DNA of 64,000 nt from Hyphochytrium catenoides (taxonomy: Eukaryota > Protista > Hyphochytriomycota). How positions within the stretch are numbered: position 1 is the first letter of the stretch; each line of letters opens with the position of its first letter. This document shows positions 1-12,834 of this stretch, piece by piece. A program made the position numbers and the translations under genes. The notes under the pieces were generated by a model. It was not told the DNA's origin. It saw nothing but the letters and a program-made list of their open reading frames with translations, and searched no databases. Where the stretch lies: positions 62,001 to 126,000 of the forward strand of contig FLMG01000335.1 in assembly GCA_900088475.1 (NCBI GenBank). Reading direction: 5' to 3'.

Positions 1-399
1 TTTAGTGGACAAGTGCAGAAAGATTGCATGACCAAAACGTTAGGGTATGACTCTGTGGACTCACATCCGGCGCACTACAAAAGACAGAAAGAGCACAGGA
101 AGCGCTATAGACAGCAACCGCCATAGACAGCGCGAGAAGTCAGAGGAATGAAGTGAAACATTGCAGGAGACTTCGCTCAACCAGAATGGCATATAAGCCA
201 TAGACGCGCATACAGTTAGGCGTGTTGAATCAATGGAGGTAAAATGGCAAGTGAGGACCTCACTCAGCTAGGAGAGTGGAGAGACTTAGTGAGAGAGCAC
301 TGCTCCAGGTAGATAACAAAGAAAGGTATTTCAAGGGGTTAAAGGAAGGCTTCTGCAGGCTGACATGGATAGCTTGGAAGGAGGAATTGAGCAGCAGTC

Positions 400-1219
400 G
401 TCGTACATATTCCACTTTCTTCACCAAGGTTCCCACTGGCACTTTGATTATAACGTCCTCTCCGGCTTTTCCTCTCTTGTCATCACCCTGCCCATTCTTG
501 CCAGGTTTCGCATTATATCGATAGCGAGTGCGGCCTAACCCACTGACGTGCTGGTCGGCTTGAAGGATTATGCTGCCGCCCTTTCCACCGTGACCACCAT
601 TGGCTCGTATTTTACCAGGTCCGACCACTTCGCGAATGGATAAAGAGAAGTGCGGTTAGAGCTCTCAGCAGTGAATAGCAGAGGATGACGAAGACAAGAA
701 AGAGATGATCTTCCTGAGATCTCATTGAGTCATCCAAAGGATGGGGGTCGTCTCTGTCTTTTACCTTGGTAACTCTCACAGCCATCACCCCCATGCCCTG
801 CCTTCAGGCTTAGTCTGATCGTGTCAACAAACTTCCGCTTAGACGCAGCTCTGCTATAAGAGATCTTATTCCTCTTCCTATTCCTCTATGAAACGAAAGA
901 TGAGCAGTTAGAGGGTTCCTGGAAGCCCTATAGCGAAAAAGATTGGAGTTCCAACTTAGGTTGCTAAGAAGTTTTGCCACGACTCCGGGGCACGGTATTC
1001 CGGTGAAAGAACACTTTGCTTCCTCACCTCTTCCTGGACATCGATAGGCTCACCAACAGAAGGATCCAGCGTGTGCAAAGTTGGTGAATCTTCGGTTGAC
1101 AGTAGACGTGCAAATATTAAGCTACGTTTGGCAGGATAGCGATTAAGGAGACTTGGCGCGAGAGCAGGTCCATGCCATCGGCCAGGCGCTATTCGCAGTC
1201 CTCCTATAAGAGTCATCAT
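400..1219 (-). CDS. MTG2: Obg-family GTPase, organellar (MTG2/GTPBP5/ObgE-like); 5' exons only, gene continues past the window start
   Basis: Arg-rich transit-peptide-like N-terminus (MMTLIGGLRIAPGRWHG...RLLS). Exon ~765-885 reads KRKFVDTIRLSLKAGHGGDG. The next exon reads GGHGGKGGSIILQA...AKPGKNGQGDDKRGKAGEDVIIKVPVGT, the glycine-rich Obg fold. Confidence 0.88.
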
Positions 1220-2081
1220 CCAAACGCCGCCCAGTACAGAGGGTGGGAGCTGTGGGTGAGGACTTTGGGTTATTTGTACCCCTTCTTACGCTTGAGGTCA
1301 CTGCAAGCTGTCCGGTTGGCCAAATCGCCACCTTGAAGGAAGGGGATGCCTAATGCCCGAACTTTTCTCTCAAGTATAACGCCATCTGGAGAGTGAGAGG
1401 CTTTGACAATGGGTACAGACTAAAGGCCTTTTAGCCGTAGACGCTCTCAGAAGGCAAGGCTTAGCGGCTGTGGCTGTCAACTGTGTGCTGCTTGCTGCCT
1501 GAGCCACTTGAGTCTCAGTTTCTTCTGCAGATTCTGAGCTTCGCATATCTCGTCTTCCAGCCATCAAGCTGGAAAGCATCATTAATCCTGTTGCTGCTGA
1601 AAACCTGCGGAAATAGAGCCGGTAACGGTATTCCTGCGAGAATGTGGTGAATAACTCCGCTGAAACTACGTCCTGTCTCTCAACATACAGTGAAGAGCAG
1701 GTAAACATAGATCGGATTTCCCACACCTTTCGTAGGGTGATTACCTCTATTGGCGCGGTTACTCAATAGAAAAGGCAAGTGGGTGACCTGACGGAAGGTG
1801 TGTCAGATGAGGCTTAAAGGCAAACCGCCCTTTTGCCTGAATTTGCGCCCGGATCTTTTACGAAGAGTTTGCGGAGAGAAGCCAAAGGATTTCTGCAGAT
1901 CTTCGAACAGCTTCACGAAGATTCGTTTCTCTCCGACATCGGCTCGATCTACCGCCCCCATACGGCACCCCAAGCTTTTGTCTTTCTTTCCTATATTCCT
2001 TTCTTATACCTGGTCTCGCCATTAGCGTTGGATAAGAAGCTGGAGTGAAGTACTAGTGGCTTACTGAAAGCCTGTAGAGCT

Positions 2082-5055
2082 ATGGGAGGACCTACTGCCC
2101 CAGCGAACATGGAGGTTGAGGAGACTTCAGTAGAGCCTGAGGTGCATCCCTTGAAGGCTAAATTTGAGGCAGGCGAAGAGGTGCAGGATGTGCATCCTGC
2201 TCAAGCTATGCAGATCTACCGAGAGATTATTGATGATGGTATCTTTATCGATGTCGGTTTGATGAAACTGCTCCTTAACTGACCAGAATATCGCGTCGTG
2301 CCCATGTGTTGCCTAGTAGAAGACAAATCAGAAGCGGTCCAGCGCATCAAGGAGCAGTCTATATACCGACTGGCACAGCTTTTATCCAAGGAAGGGTGAG
2401 ACACACGTGACGATAAAGAGCTTCATGATCCATCTAAACGTCTTTGCCAACAGCAACGGACAGAAGCTGAAGACGCTCTTGCATGAGCTCCGACCATTCT
2501 TTGCTGCAATTCCCAAGGCAAAAACCGGAAAAATCGGTAGGCTCTGCGTGCTGAACATTCTTATTGTCGATTCCGACTGGTGCATGCATAGGCTGAGAGC
2601 GCTGATCGACGGCTGTTCGATGAGTTCGCTTGTACCTTTCTTAAGAAATAGTTTGGTTTCTCCTAGTGTCATAACCCAAGCCGTTATGAGTTGGTGGCTG
2701 CATTGGCTCTTACACTTTGTCTCCTTGCTGCTCACACCGCACTATTTACCTAGTGCGAACTGTTATCGATATCGTGGCAAGGATCCCCGACAGCCGAGAT
2801 TTGCAGATTGAGCTCTGCTTAGATAGCATTGAGTGGTGTACGGCCGAGAAACAGACGTTCCTGCGCCAGCGCATTGAGGGCAAGCTTGCATCTCTGTAAG
2901 TAGGCTCTAGAGAAATGTCAGCACTGGGAGGAAGGAGAGAGCCGAGACATCTACAGAACTGGCACCAAGCATGAAGCTTAGCTGGGCTCTCACCCTTCTA
3001 TAACTTTATCTGTCTCCGCCCTGTAGCTACTTTGATAGCAAGAGATACCACCAGGCGCTTGATTTGGTCAACAAGTTGATTCGCGAGATAAAAAAGCTCG
3101 ACGACAAACAGCTGTTGGTAGAGATCCACCTTCTAGAAAGTAGAATCCATCACGCGCTAAGGAACCTTCCTAAAGCAAAGGTAACAGAAACAACCCAGCT
3201 AGAGAGGGAGAAACGATAGGAAACGTGGTTTGCGGGTTTTGCTGTCTTTCGGAGGCTCTACTGATGGCTTAGTCTCCACCTGCACTCACCAAAAGTACCC
3301 ACTATACTCGCTTAACTGCACCTGTCCGAGTGTATCTACAGTACCCTTCCTCCTTTTATTTAGTACTTCTGAATGATCAACCACATCCTCTGACATCAAA
3401 GCGGGTCTGCATCATGTCCATTTTAATAACCTTTTCGTTGTCCTATGTCACTACCTCTAATACTTCCCCGACTAGGCTGCCTTAACAGCCTCCAGAACAG
3501 CAGCCAACGCGATCTATGTGACTCCGAGAGTTCAGGCCCAAATTGACAAGACGTCTGGGACCCTTCATTCTGAAGAAAAGGATTATAAGACTGCATACTC
3601 CTACTTCCTGGAGGTAAGTGCTACTTAGGCAGGCAATGAAATATGCTGGGAGAAGGGCAAGGTTGCTTAGGTTTATGCGGACTCTGCGAGAGAGAAATCA
3701 GGTAGCTTGTCTTTAGTCTCAAAGGAGGGTAGCGGATCTGGAGCTGATAGTACGTCTGAGTAGTTCACAGTCCATGCATTGGGGTTTGTACAGTTTTCGC
3801 GATTTAGCTGGCTAGATCCTTTGACCATTCAGGTGTCTATATGATGCCCACACAGTCCTTGCTTGAGCTTGAGTTTCTTACCCCTATCAGGCTTATGAAG
3901 CCTTTAGCCAGATGGACGACCCCGAAGCTCCACTTTGCCTCAAATACATGCTACTCTGCAGAGTTATGAACAACGAGGTAGGTAGGGGGGGGAGAGAGAG
4001 TGTGGGTGAAGGGCGGCCAAAGCAGCTTGCCCGAAAGACACAAAGTATGAGTTATTTTCAGCCTCCTGTTACTCTTTTGCGGCGTCCAGCTTTTTCGCTG
4101 CAGCTATAGGCACTCTTTACGCCTTATGAGCCTCTCTTTGACAGTATGATATCATCCGCCCTGTAGGCCTCTGAAGTAAATGCTATTATCAATGGCAAGG
4201 CTGGTTTAAAGTATTCTGGTAAGGACCTCGAGGCACTTAAGGCAGTGGCAAATGCCTCGGTGAAGCGTTCTCTGGAGGAATTTGAGGCTGCCACCAAGGA
4301 GTATCATAAAGGTAGGCATCGTAAACCAGCAATGGCACCATTTGTCAAGGCTCCTTTAGAGAGAGGTTTCCATCGTTAGACGCATTGACGTCTTTTTGTT
4401 CTCCCCTAGAACTGGTTGGAGACGATCTTATTGGACGTCATCTGGCTGAACTGTACGAGCAGCTTCTGGAGGCAAACCTAACAAAGATTATTGAGCCTTT
4501 CTCTTGTGTTGAGATCCAGCACGTCGCAGATCTAATCAAGCTTCCAGTTGGGCGCATAGAGACGAAGTAAGTAACAACCAGAAGTAACAAAGAGCTGGTG
4601 TGAGGAGCCTTTATGATGTCTTCATTCTACCTTTTCCTTATTGGACGCGTTTCTTGGGTGCACTGAACTTCCAGCTGTTTTAACCTAGACGCAAATGCTA
4701 TTGTTCAGTTACCAATCTCTTCAGTACGTCCATGGCAGGAAACAGTTTATCTCTGAACATTTGCCGGTGATCCTCGTAGGTTATCTCAAATGATCCTAGA
4801 CAAGAAATTCCATGGCATCCTGGAACAGGGTAAAGGCCAATTGATTATCTATGATGAGCCACCTCGCAATGTAAGTTCCACGTTGGAACACTATATGATG
4901 TACACCAGCAGCACCTGTTCTAACACTCGTAACTCATTGTTCTATCGCCTACTCTCACTGAGCAGAAGACCTACACTTCAGGTCTTGAGGTCATTAGCAA
5001 TGTCGGAAAGGTAGTGGATAGTCTGTTCCGCAAGACAGAGCAACTGCAGCACTAA
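2082..5055 (+). CDS. RPN6: 26S proteasome non-ATPase regulatory subunit RPN6/PSMD11 (about 11 exons)
   Basis: Spliced peptides [27 protein letters not shown](VRTVID), [111 protein letters not shown] (PCI domain). Stop TAA at 5053-5055. Confidence 0.96.
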
Positions 5056-5249
5056 GCGTTAAGGATTGACGCTAGGACCTAGCTTCCGCGGATACTCAGC
5101 CACTAAAGCAGAAGTATAGCATAGCAAGAACTGCATCTTTATTCATTTGGCAGTTCCGGATACTGAGTGCTGACTTCGCTCACCATGTGCCAGTACGAGA
5201 GTTAGACGAGGTCTCTGCAGACAAGCGATAGTACAAGAAATAAATACTA

Positions 5250-6760
5250 TTGGAGAAATCAAAGCGTCCCTTCTGCCTCCCAGATCTCATTAAGGATATC
5301 CACCATTTGAGGAAGAGGAACTGGCTCTGGGAGAAGACCGTTGCTATCTGCAGAGAAAACAGCGCTGATCACTGCCTCCACATTCAAGGACTTTGCCAGC
5401 CTGCATTGAGCAAGAAGAGTGTGAGGCAGTCGGAGAATACCAGCTTCTGCCAAGATGAGAACGAGTCTTCAGAGCTGAAAGACAAACTAGAAGTCGAACG
5501 CCGTTGAGGGCTGTAAAACCCCTGTGGCAGTCTTACCGAGGCTGGGCGGGAGGTGCCGAAGGATCTCCTTGCAGCCACTTTCTTCTTTGCTCTTCCCACC
5601 GTCTAAGACCTAGTATGGAAAGGGCGGGGGCTTGAGCGTGAATCATTTTATGTAAAGCGAGCTCGGAATGACCAAAATGTTAAAAAGCTTGCGGGAGATA
5701 CCTTCATTCACGAACTCTTCCCTATATGAGGAAGTGGATGTGATGCTGTCCTCTATGTACGAGGATGAAGACTGTCGGCTAGGTTCTAGACTCACGGAGC
5801 CTAGGAGGGCCGTCAAACAGTGAGACATTTTCTACCTGACTGGCTGGTAAACGTCACTTGGTTCTATGCCATATCCCCGATACTGATAGCCCTCAGACTG
5901 TTAGTCAGTTAGTCCATTCTTCGCCAATACTTTTGCTCGGGCCAGTCCTAACCTGATGCTTGGGCTATCACGGAACGGCTTCTACTTCATTTGTGCTAAC
6001 TACGGGAATGGGGTCTGTTCCCTTTCTCTTCTTTCTAGCATTCTGTCCTCTGCCGCTAACACAGAGCTTGGTCCTACCTTTGTCGCTGCTTTCCATCCTA
6101 ACTGTTCTGCCTCTTGTCCGGCGCCTGTGCCTAAACTGACTTAGCTGACGAGCCCCGTAGTTTCCCGTCTTGTTATTAATCTTTCCAGTGACAGTGAAGT
6201 TACTACCATCTCGTCAGCAGAGACAATCAATGAGGTGCTTACCAGTGGATACACAGGAGATCTGAGTGAGGCCTGGCCCTGCCGCGAGAGATTGCGAATA
6301 AAACCTAACTGCTGACTATGGGTCATTCTCAGCAAGTGTGCAGCGAAACGGAACGGCGGCTTTCCATTGGTTTGAGTATCACTGACACCCACAGGAGCAA
6401 GAGGGCCTGGTTTTGGAAGAAGCTGTAAGGTACAGGCATCACCAGCAGTAGCACGACAGCAACGACGCCAGTCTCACTGTTCAGTCAATGGAGTTTCATA
6501 GCATGGAAAGAGGTCGAGATGGGGGAAGAGAAGGAAAAGAAAGAAGAACATCCAAGATCCTACCGCTCACATGGGTTGGAGAATAGAAAGAGGCAGGGGA
6601 GGATTTCGTTTCAGTAGCCTACCTCTGCCTGGTGGATGAAAATCGATCAATCACAAGCTCCTTTCCATCTGAGGCAACTCCGATCAATAAGGCAGAGCTG
6701 GTCTTGCATTGAAGAGATGACCCTCGCGTGGAGAAGAAAGTATCTCAAGGCCCAGAGATG
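5250..6760 (-). other. Possible divergent hypothetical multi-exon gene (structure unresolved)
   Basis: Protein-like minus-strand segments flanked by plausible splice sites, e.g. ~6623-6740 SALLIGVASDGKELVIDRFSSTRQ|GTAGG and ~6243-6425 ending |GTAAG. I could not build a complete reading frame. Confidence 0.2.
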
Positions 6761-7598
6761 TGGGCAAGCACGGAGGAGAGAAGTGCAAATGAGCTCAAGT
6801 CAAGAAAGGTGACTCTGTCTCTAAAGATGGCAGGCTTCGTTATGCCAAAGTTGACTATTATATAGGTCAACGGCGGTAAATTTATAGAATGACAAAAACC
6901 TTTCAGTCAAAGCTCCACCTTAACCTCGAGTCTTTTATATTTAGCATGTCAATGACGATGGAAGCTGAGGTTGCGAACAGTTATTGACATGTAAAATAAC
7001 ACGGGCCCTTGTAGTGTTGACAGTTCATGGTCCGTAGAAAATGTTGCTCGATGATGATGATTGTCCCTCTTCCCCTCCGTCCTTGTGGTGTGCGCTACAG
7101 GCTGTGAAGGCCCTACTAGCGCTACTATGTCTAACGAGATCGAACCGTAGCGCAAGAGGACGAACTGCGCATGGTCAGTCACTTGCTACTTTAATGAGCA
7201 AAGCGTAACTGTGTGGTGCTGACAAATAGGTTTATCTTCCATTGAATCCTTAACGGGGATATGATGGCCAAGCAAGTGAGCGAGCACCATCGTTATATTT
7301 GCAGGTTAGACTTTCGGATTGTTATAGCATCAGGTGCTGGGTATGGTTTGCCAAGCCATGCGGAAAGTTCTAAGCCATAAAGCGCAAGGGTACCATCGAA
7401 AGCTGTGGGCTCTTTGGCACGCCGAGACTATGGCATAACTACCACCAGTTCCTTTCAATTTTCTTCTCTTCTTCCTTGGTTGCCGCTCACCAGCAATCAA
7501 AATGTGACACCGCTCCACTCTTAAATAAACAGATAGAGCTTAGTACACTGTCTCATCCCCATTAGTGTCTCCAGTCACTACCAGCGGCTTAGGATCAG

Positions 7599-8185
7599 TT
7601 AGACCTTCAAAAGCTGCTGAAGAGCCACCTTCAAGCTTCCTTGCGCTTCTCTTAACTTCCTCTCTGCCACGGCTTCGCTGACTTGGAATTCCCTAACGAT
7701 GAGGCTGATGTCTTCCTTCTCCACCTTGACAGCTGCCAATTCACGCTCTCTGGAAGAAAGAGAAGTGCGAAGTAAGCAAGAGCAAAACAAAAATCACTTT
7801 GAGCACAAAAAATGGTTTGAACAACATTCCGCTTCTCCGTTGGGAAAGCGTATCCAGACATGAGAGGTCCAAGCGTAACAACGACACTTCAGGGATGCAG
7901 GAGAATGCCTGACCGTTTCCTCTCGGCTTCCCGTTCAGCTGCATCTGCCTCCCGAAGCGCTGCGAGGGCTGCCTTGACCTTTGTTTCGTCCATTTGTTTC
8001 TCTTCAACATAATCCGTAACCTTCTCTAAGGACTTCGCTGATTCTGCCTCTGCCTTGCTTGCCTGCTCCTCGGGCACTTCCTCGGTATCTTCCTCCTCCG
8101 CAACCTCGGCATTCTGCTTAGCAGGAGGTTCCTCTGACGTAGGGTTATCCTTTGCCTTCTGCCCCTTTGTCTTCTTTGACGGCAT
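7599..8185 (-). CDS. HYPK: Huntingtin-interacting protein K (NatA regulator, C-terminal UBA-like domain); exons 8185-7914 and 7749-7599
   Basis: SLEKVTDYVEEKQM...ERKR|ERELAAVKVEKEDISLIVREFQVSEAVAERKLREAQGSLKVALQQL is typical HYPK. The GT-AG intron at 7750-7913 restores the frame. Confidence 0.92.
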
Positions 8186-8929
8186 AGTTCGTTAGGTCGG
8201 TATCGTCTTCGAAGAGCTAAATGTGGCACTCAGAGCAGTCCAAGTTTGTAAGTAGAACTAGGTAGAGGTTTGTTACGTCGGTCGCGGGCGATTGTCGGTG
8301 CTAAATGGGCCTCTTTGTCAGCAGTCTCTTTGTCGATAATGCAGTACAGGGATCTACAAGAGCCTCTGTACCTTGTGCTTGTCTGAGGATATAGAATGGC
8401 AATCCCATCGCCCGACCACCTGGGACCGCCGCTGGGATAAGGCAAGACAAGAAGATCAGCGCTCAAAAGAAGGCTCCGAAACTCAGGAAAGCCCCATAAC
8501 CAAAGCCAATAGTAAGCTGGTGGTATTTATTCCGAAGAACGTACACGTTATGCAGCTTCATTATGAATATCAATACTATTATTTGGGACTTTTGGGATCT
8601 GAACAAAATGTTAGCGCTTCATCAGCACTTTCGACGTCAGAAAGCCTTCGTTGCCGAGCTGCAGAACACGATCGTCAGACTTCTCTCTCCTCGCTCCTCC
8701 TTCCTTCTTCATCTCAAGAGGCTCATTGTCAAGCAAGGGCATCATCTACCCGCAGACCAATCCTCTTCATTCACTGAGCGCAAAGAGGAAGTTCAGGCGG
8801 AGCGGATGGACGAGGTGTGGAAAGCTTAGGTCTGATATAGATAGGGAAGGCTGCTCTGCTCTCTGAACCCTGAAGGCACAGTCATAAGGGCCTCTGTGGG
8901 ACAACAATTGCCCATCGCTGCAGAGTAGG

Positions 8930-9501
8930 ATGGTAGTGAGGATAGGAGACTATGAGCTGACGCCGGAGGAAGCTATCTGGTTTAAGCAGGCCAAGAACCA
9001 GATGATAACGATGGTGTACGTCTGTGCTAGCAAACGCTGCTGTCATGTACCATACACCATCATGTTGGCCTTGTTCTTTGCTAAAGTCCCTAAGTCACGG
9101 ATTGCCTCCATTTGATACCTACTTCTCTCTCTCCTCGGATCGCAGGTCTGCTTGTTCTCTTATTGGTAGCGCTGGAACATTTGGTCTCACATGTAAGAAC
9201 CCACCCTGCTATCATTGATTGGAACCTGTGTGCGGGTTGACGATCTCTCAGCCTATGTGGTTCCGTCTAACGAAACCTATCGTCTATGCGTCCAGACAAC
9301 CGCCCCTACATTCCGATGCGTTATCGCTTTGGTCTTATGCTAGGCGTCGGTATCCTGGCGGGAACCTTGTGCGCCAGACATACATATAAGCAAGCAGTGT
9401 CCAAGCTGTTAGAGCTGCCTGATGAAGACTCCCCTATAGCATCGGAACTACGAAGACTTGCAGTCGAGAAGAGTATTGGCCGGAAGGCGGATTCAATCTG
9501 A
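8930..9501 (+). CDS. Small two-TM protein, OCIA-domain-like (3 or more exons)
   Basis: Spliced: MVVRIGDYELTPEEAIWFKQAKNQMITMV|SACSLIGSAGTFGLT|YNRPYIPMRYRFGLMLGVGILAGTLCARHTYKQAVSKLLELPDEDSPIASELRR. It has an LTPEE start, two hydrophobic segments and a KL..LP..SP.A.ELR ending as in OCIA proteins. Confidence 0.5.
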
Positions 9502-9847
9502 AGTACTTTCTCTGCCGTGCCTCCTGCACCATCGGCTACTACTCTGTTCGGGCAGCGGAACGGGTCTCAGCCGTTCGTGGTATGCCCATCTGCCATGTAC
9601 CACCAAAGCTCTGTACACGTTGGAAGGAAGCTAAAGCTTCTTTGGAAGGCTTAGGTCGCTTTTCAAAGAGTGACGGGATAATAGACAGAAGAAAGACCTT
9701 AGAAGCCGATGCAGCCAAGGGAAGCCAGGGTTACTGGTTCCGCTCACCCTCGACAGTTATCCAGACTTCTGACGCGGTGCGGTGCAGAAGTTGCTAGTCG
9801 CCAGGCCAGCAGTAATGCCTGCCCTCAACAAGCGATAACATGGAAAG

Positions 9848-9968
9848 TGCAGTTTTCCTGCCTTTCCGGCACATAGTTAATATAGCAGCTCCTTTTTGCA
9901 GTTCCACCTGCAGTTTTCCTGCCTTTCCGGCACATAGTCAATATAGCAGCTCCTTTTTGCAGTTCCAC
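9848..9968. repeat. Tandem duplication, 2 x 61 bp
   Basis: TGCAGTTTTCCTGCCTTTCCGGCACATAGT(T/C)AATATAGCAGCTCCTTTTTGCAGTTCCAC starts at 9848 and again at 9909, with one internal mismatch. Confidence 0.95.
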
Positions 9969-10958
9969 TCCTTCAGTTGGGAGCTTGTTGTCAGGATCAA
10001 GATCTGTCGTCTTGGGTCCCAATCTATGCAAGACCAGCTAATGATGCCTATGTCCAGTAGTCTCCCAGCTAGGAGAACTAGAAATGCGACTGACAACGTA
10101 GCACTGTAGATTGATACTATGCCATCTTCGCAGCAATCTTGAGCCAGAGAGGTCACCCAATTGGGGGTCGTTGCTGAGGCTGATGAAGAGACTTATGGAT
10201 TGAGCTCTTGGTTTGAGCCCTATAAGCAGCCGATAAGAAGGTTGACAAATGGAGAAAGAAGGGAGCCTACAGGCCGTCTCTCCTGGACGTCAACACCTTA
10301 AGATAGTGGACGCCCAGGAACAGCGTGCACCTTCTTCTTTCGAGTTTCGAGTCGGCTACTTCTTTCAGTCAGCAGCAGCAGCTCCCGCCCCTTCCAAAAG
10401 CTGATAATCCTCCTTCCTCTCACGTAGCAGCACCCCAGCCCCCACCTTCTGCTTCGTCGGCCTGGCCCGATCGATGCTGCTGCGAGGATGGATCCGTTTC
10501 TATGAGGAAGGAGGAAAGGGATCACTATCGGTTTGCGGCTCCGCTCCTCAATAACACACAGAATGTCCAGAATCCTATCATCCTCTGTATGGGACGCAGA
10601 GGAAGAAGATCGCAAGCCAGGAGTTACGTAGAAGCAGTCGATATAGAGCTTCCTATCACTGCCATCACTCTTCTTCTCCATCGTCATGGCTCTCCGCTCT
10701 CCATACCTCGCTGGAACATATGTGGAGAGGTGCATCATCATTAATAACACTCAATACCAAGACTGGCTACCTTTAATGGGCTAGGTGTCTTATAGCTCTT
10801 GCCGCTGCTTCATCTTAAAGCTCATGGCAATCTGAGCCATCAGCTTCCTATTCCACAGATCTAGTTCCGCCACTTTGCTGAGGGGTTTAGATCTTTCGCC
10901 TAACCCTTAAGTCCTCGCTCTGGTGAAGACCGAGACTCGCTCTATCCCGAGGGTGACG

Positions 10959-12301
10959 ATGCGCTTCGCTGTGGGAGCCTTGCGAGCCCTTGTTGCGCTA
11001 GCTTCAGCTGTGCTGCTCCCGGCCCTGATTGCATTGGGCCTGCTTTATACTCCTCGATATTACCCATACACTACTAGCCCCGAGGAATGCTGCAATCTGA
11101 CCGACTACGAGTCCGTCACTATCCATAGCCGGAACACGGATGTCCTCCTGTCTGGATGGTATTTTCCAGGTGCGGATGAGCTGACGATGCAGCACAGCGA
11201 GCTGCAGTCGGTGCGAAGGTTGTTCAACCCCAAGAACAAAGGCCACTGTGTGGTGGTGGTCCATGGACATCATGCACATATGGCAAAGGAAACATCGTGG
11301 GAGAAGTCAATAATGACTAAAGCTGTGCTACCTTTCGTTGCTGCTGGTAAGCTTCAATGTGAAACATAAAGATGGGGAATGGACAAAGGAGTGACACATT
11401 TAAAGAACGTGAAGTATTAGGGCTGCTGTAGGGTGGACCCGTCGAGCAGGTAGAGGAATACGAGCGTTGAAAAGAAGATCAGAGGGATAGAAGGGATAGG
11501 AGAGTTAGGGAGGCAGATGAAGAATTGTATCGCAAGGCTGAGCACATTTTGGGGCAATGGTACTCGCTTACGCCCCTCTGATTCTCAACTCCACGCCTCT
11601 GACCGTGCGAACTCGTAGGTTTCAACGTCATCACCTTTGACCACCGCAGCCATGGCCGCAGTACGTGGTGGAGACCTGTCACGATTGGATACGAAGAGGC
11701 CAAGGAAGTGCTGGCCGTCGTGGACTGGATATTGGACCAATCGCACTGCCCAAGCTCACAAAATAGGCGTGTCTTTGTATGGGGCGAAAGCATGGGTGCC
11801 GCTGCAACGGCCTTTGCCGCAGCACGGGACAAAAATCAAGCCAAAGCAGGAGAGAGAAAGATAGCGGGTATCATACTGGACAGTGCCTTTGAAAGCATGG
11901 ATAAGGTTATATCTCACTTTCTCAGTGGGACATTATTGTTTCCCCAATTCCTGGGTAACTCTGTGGTGCAGCTGCTGGATTTCTGGACTTGCTTACTTGG
12001 CCCTGTCTGCTTGCGAGACATTGATGTTTCCAAAGCGGTGAGAGATGTAAGAGTGCCAGCGCTTCTCGTGCATGGGTTAGGAGACAACCTTATCCCCTAT
12101 TCACACGCTGAGAGCCTTCTAGCTCATGCAAACAATCGCACGGCCTGTGGGGAGCCGGTGGTCACGGAGAGCTGGGTCCATGAAGGAGACCATGTGCGCT
12201 CCTATCTTTATCATGAAGAGTACTACCCTCTTATCGTGAACTTTCTGGAGAGAATCATAGACAGAGGGAATCAGACACTTGACTGTGCTGACGAAGACTA
12301 G
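10959..12301 (+). CDS. Alpha/beta-hydrolase (serine aminopeptidase S33/YqkD-like) with N-terminal membrane anchor; exons 10959-11346 and 11619-12301
   Basis: Hydrophobic N-terminus; LSGWYFP; VVVVHGH; GFNVITFDHRSHGRS across the splice; nucleophile elbow WGESMG; ILDSAF; PALLVHGLGDNLIP (catalytic Asp); GDHV (catalytic His). Confidence 0.9.
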
Positions 12302-12834
12302 GTCCAACTAGGGTTTAGCTGCGGGAAAGCGCCAGATAAAGTCAGGATTCACGCTCTGACAAGAACCGTGGCAGCAGGGTTTTAGGGCTATTGCCGAGGC
12401 AGTGATAGTTCTAAGGCAAGAACTCTATCCAGCGCTCTTGGCACCCGGCGTTATCCAATGCTGTCCCGATGAATTGTCTTATGCTAAAAAATCTGAGGCT
12501 TAGAGCGAAACAGCGCCAGTGCTAGATAGAAAGAATCCGCTGCTATGGAGGACCGTGTTGTGGAGCCTTGCCTACCCAGCGCCAAGAAATCATCAGGCAG
12601 GTACAAGAGCACACCACAGCGTGACCACATCATGACCATGGGTAGCGCATTGCCAGCTTCCACGGTGTTAGAACCGAGTCTACATCCAGTCTCGGGCAAC
12701 TTGATAGCGAGCATGATATATAGAACTATATGGGCGGGCGAGGAGAGTGAGAGTTGTGGAAAGAGGCACTGACTGAAAAGATACGACTTGGCTTTGTCAA
12801 AATTTTATATATAGAAGAATTGCACACGCTAAGT

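Noticed and set aside
1370-2048. Short ORFs between Obg and RPN6
   Set aside because: No motifs; the region is best explained as a divergent promoter and UTRs.
6935-7000. Resemblance to the U4 snRNA 5' stem-loop (CAATGA...GAGG.GCGA...TTATTG)
   Set aside because: It lacks the U6-complementary segments, proper kink-turn pairing and an Sm site, so it is kept only as an anonymous hairpin.
9848-9968. Direct repeat considered as CRISPR or transposon end
   Set aside because: Only two abutting copies with no spacer, no cas or transposase genes, and a eukaryotic context.
10248-10750. Overlapping low-complexity ORFs upstream of the hydrolase
   Set aside because: No family signal and no clear splice link to the hydrolase.
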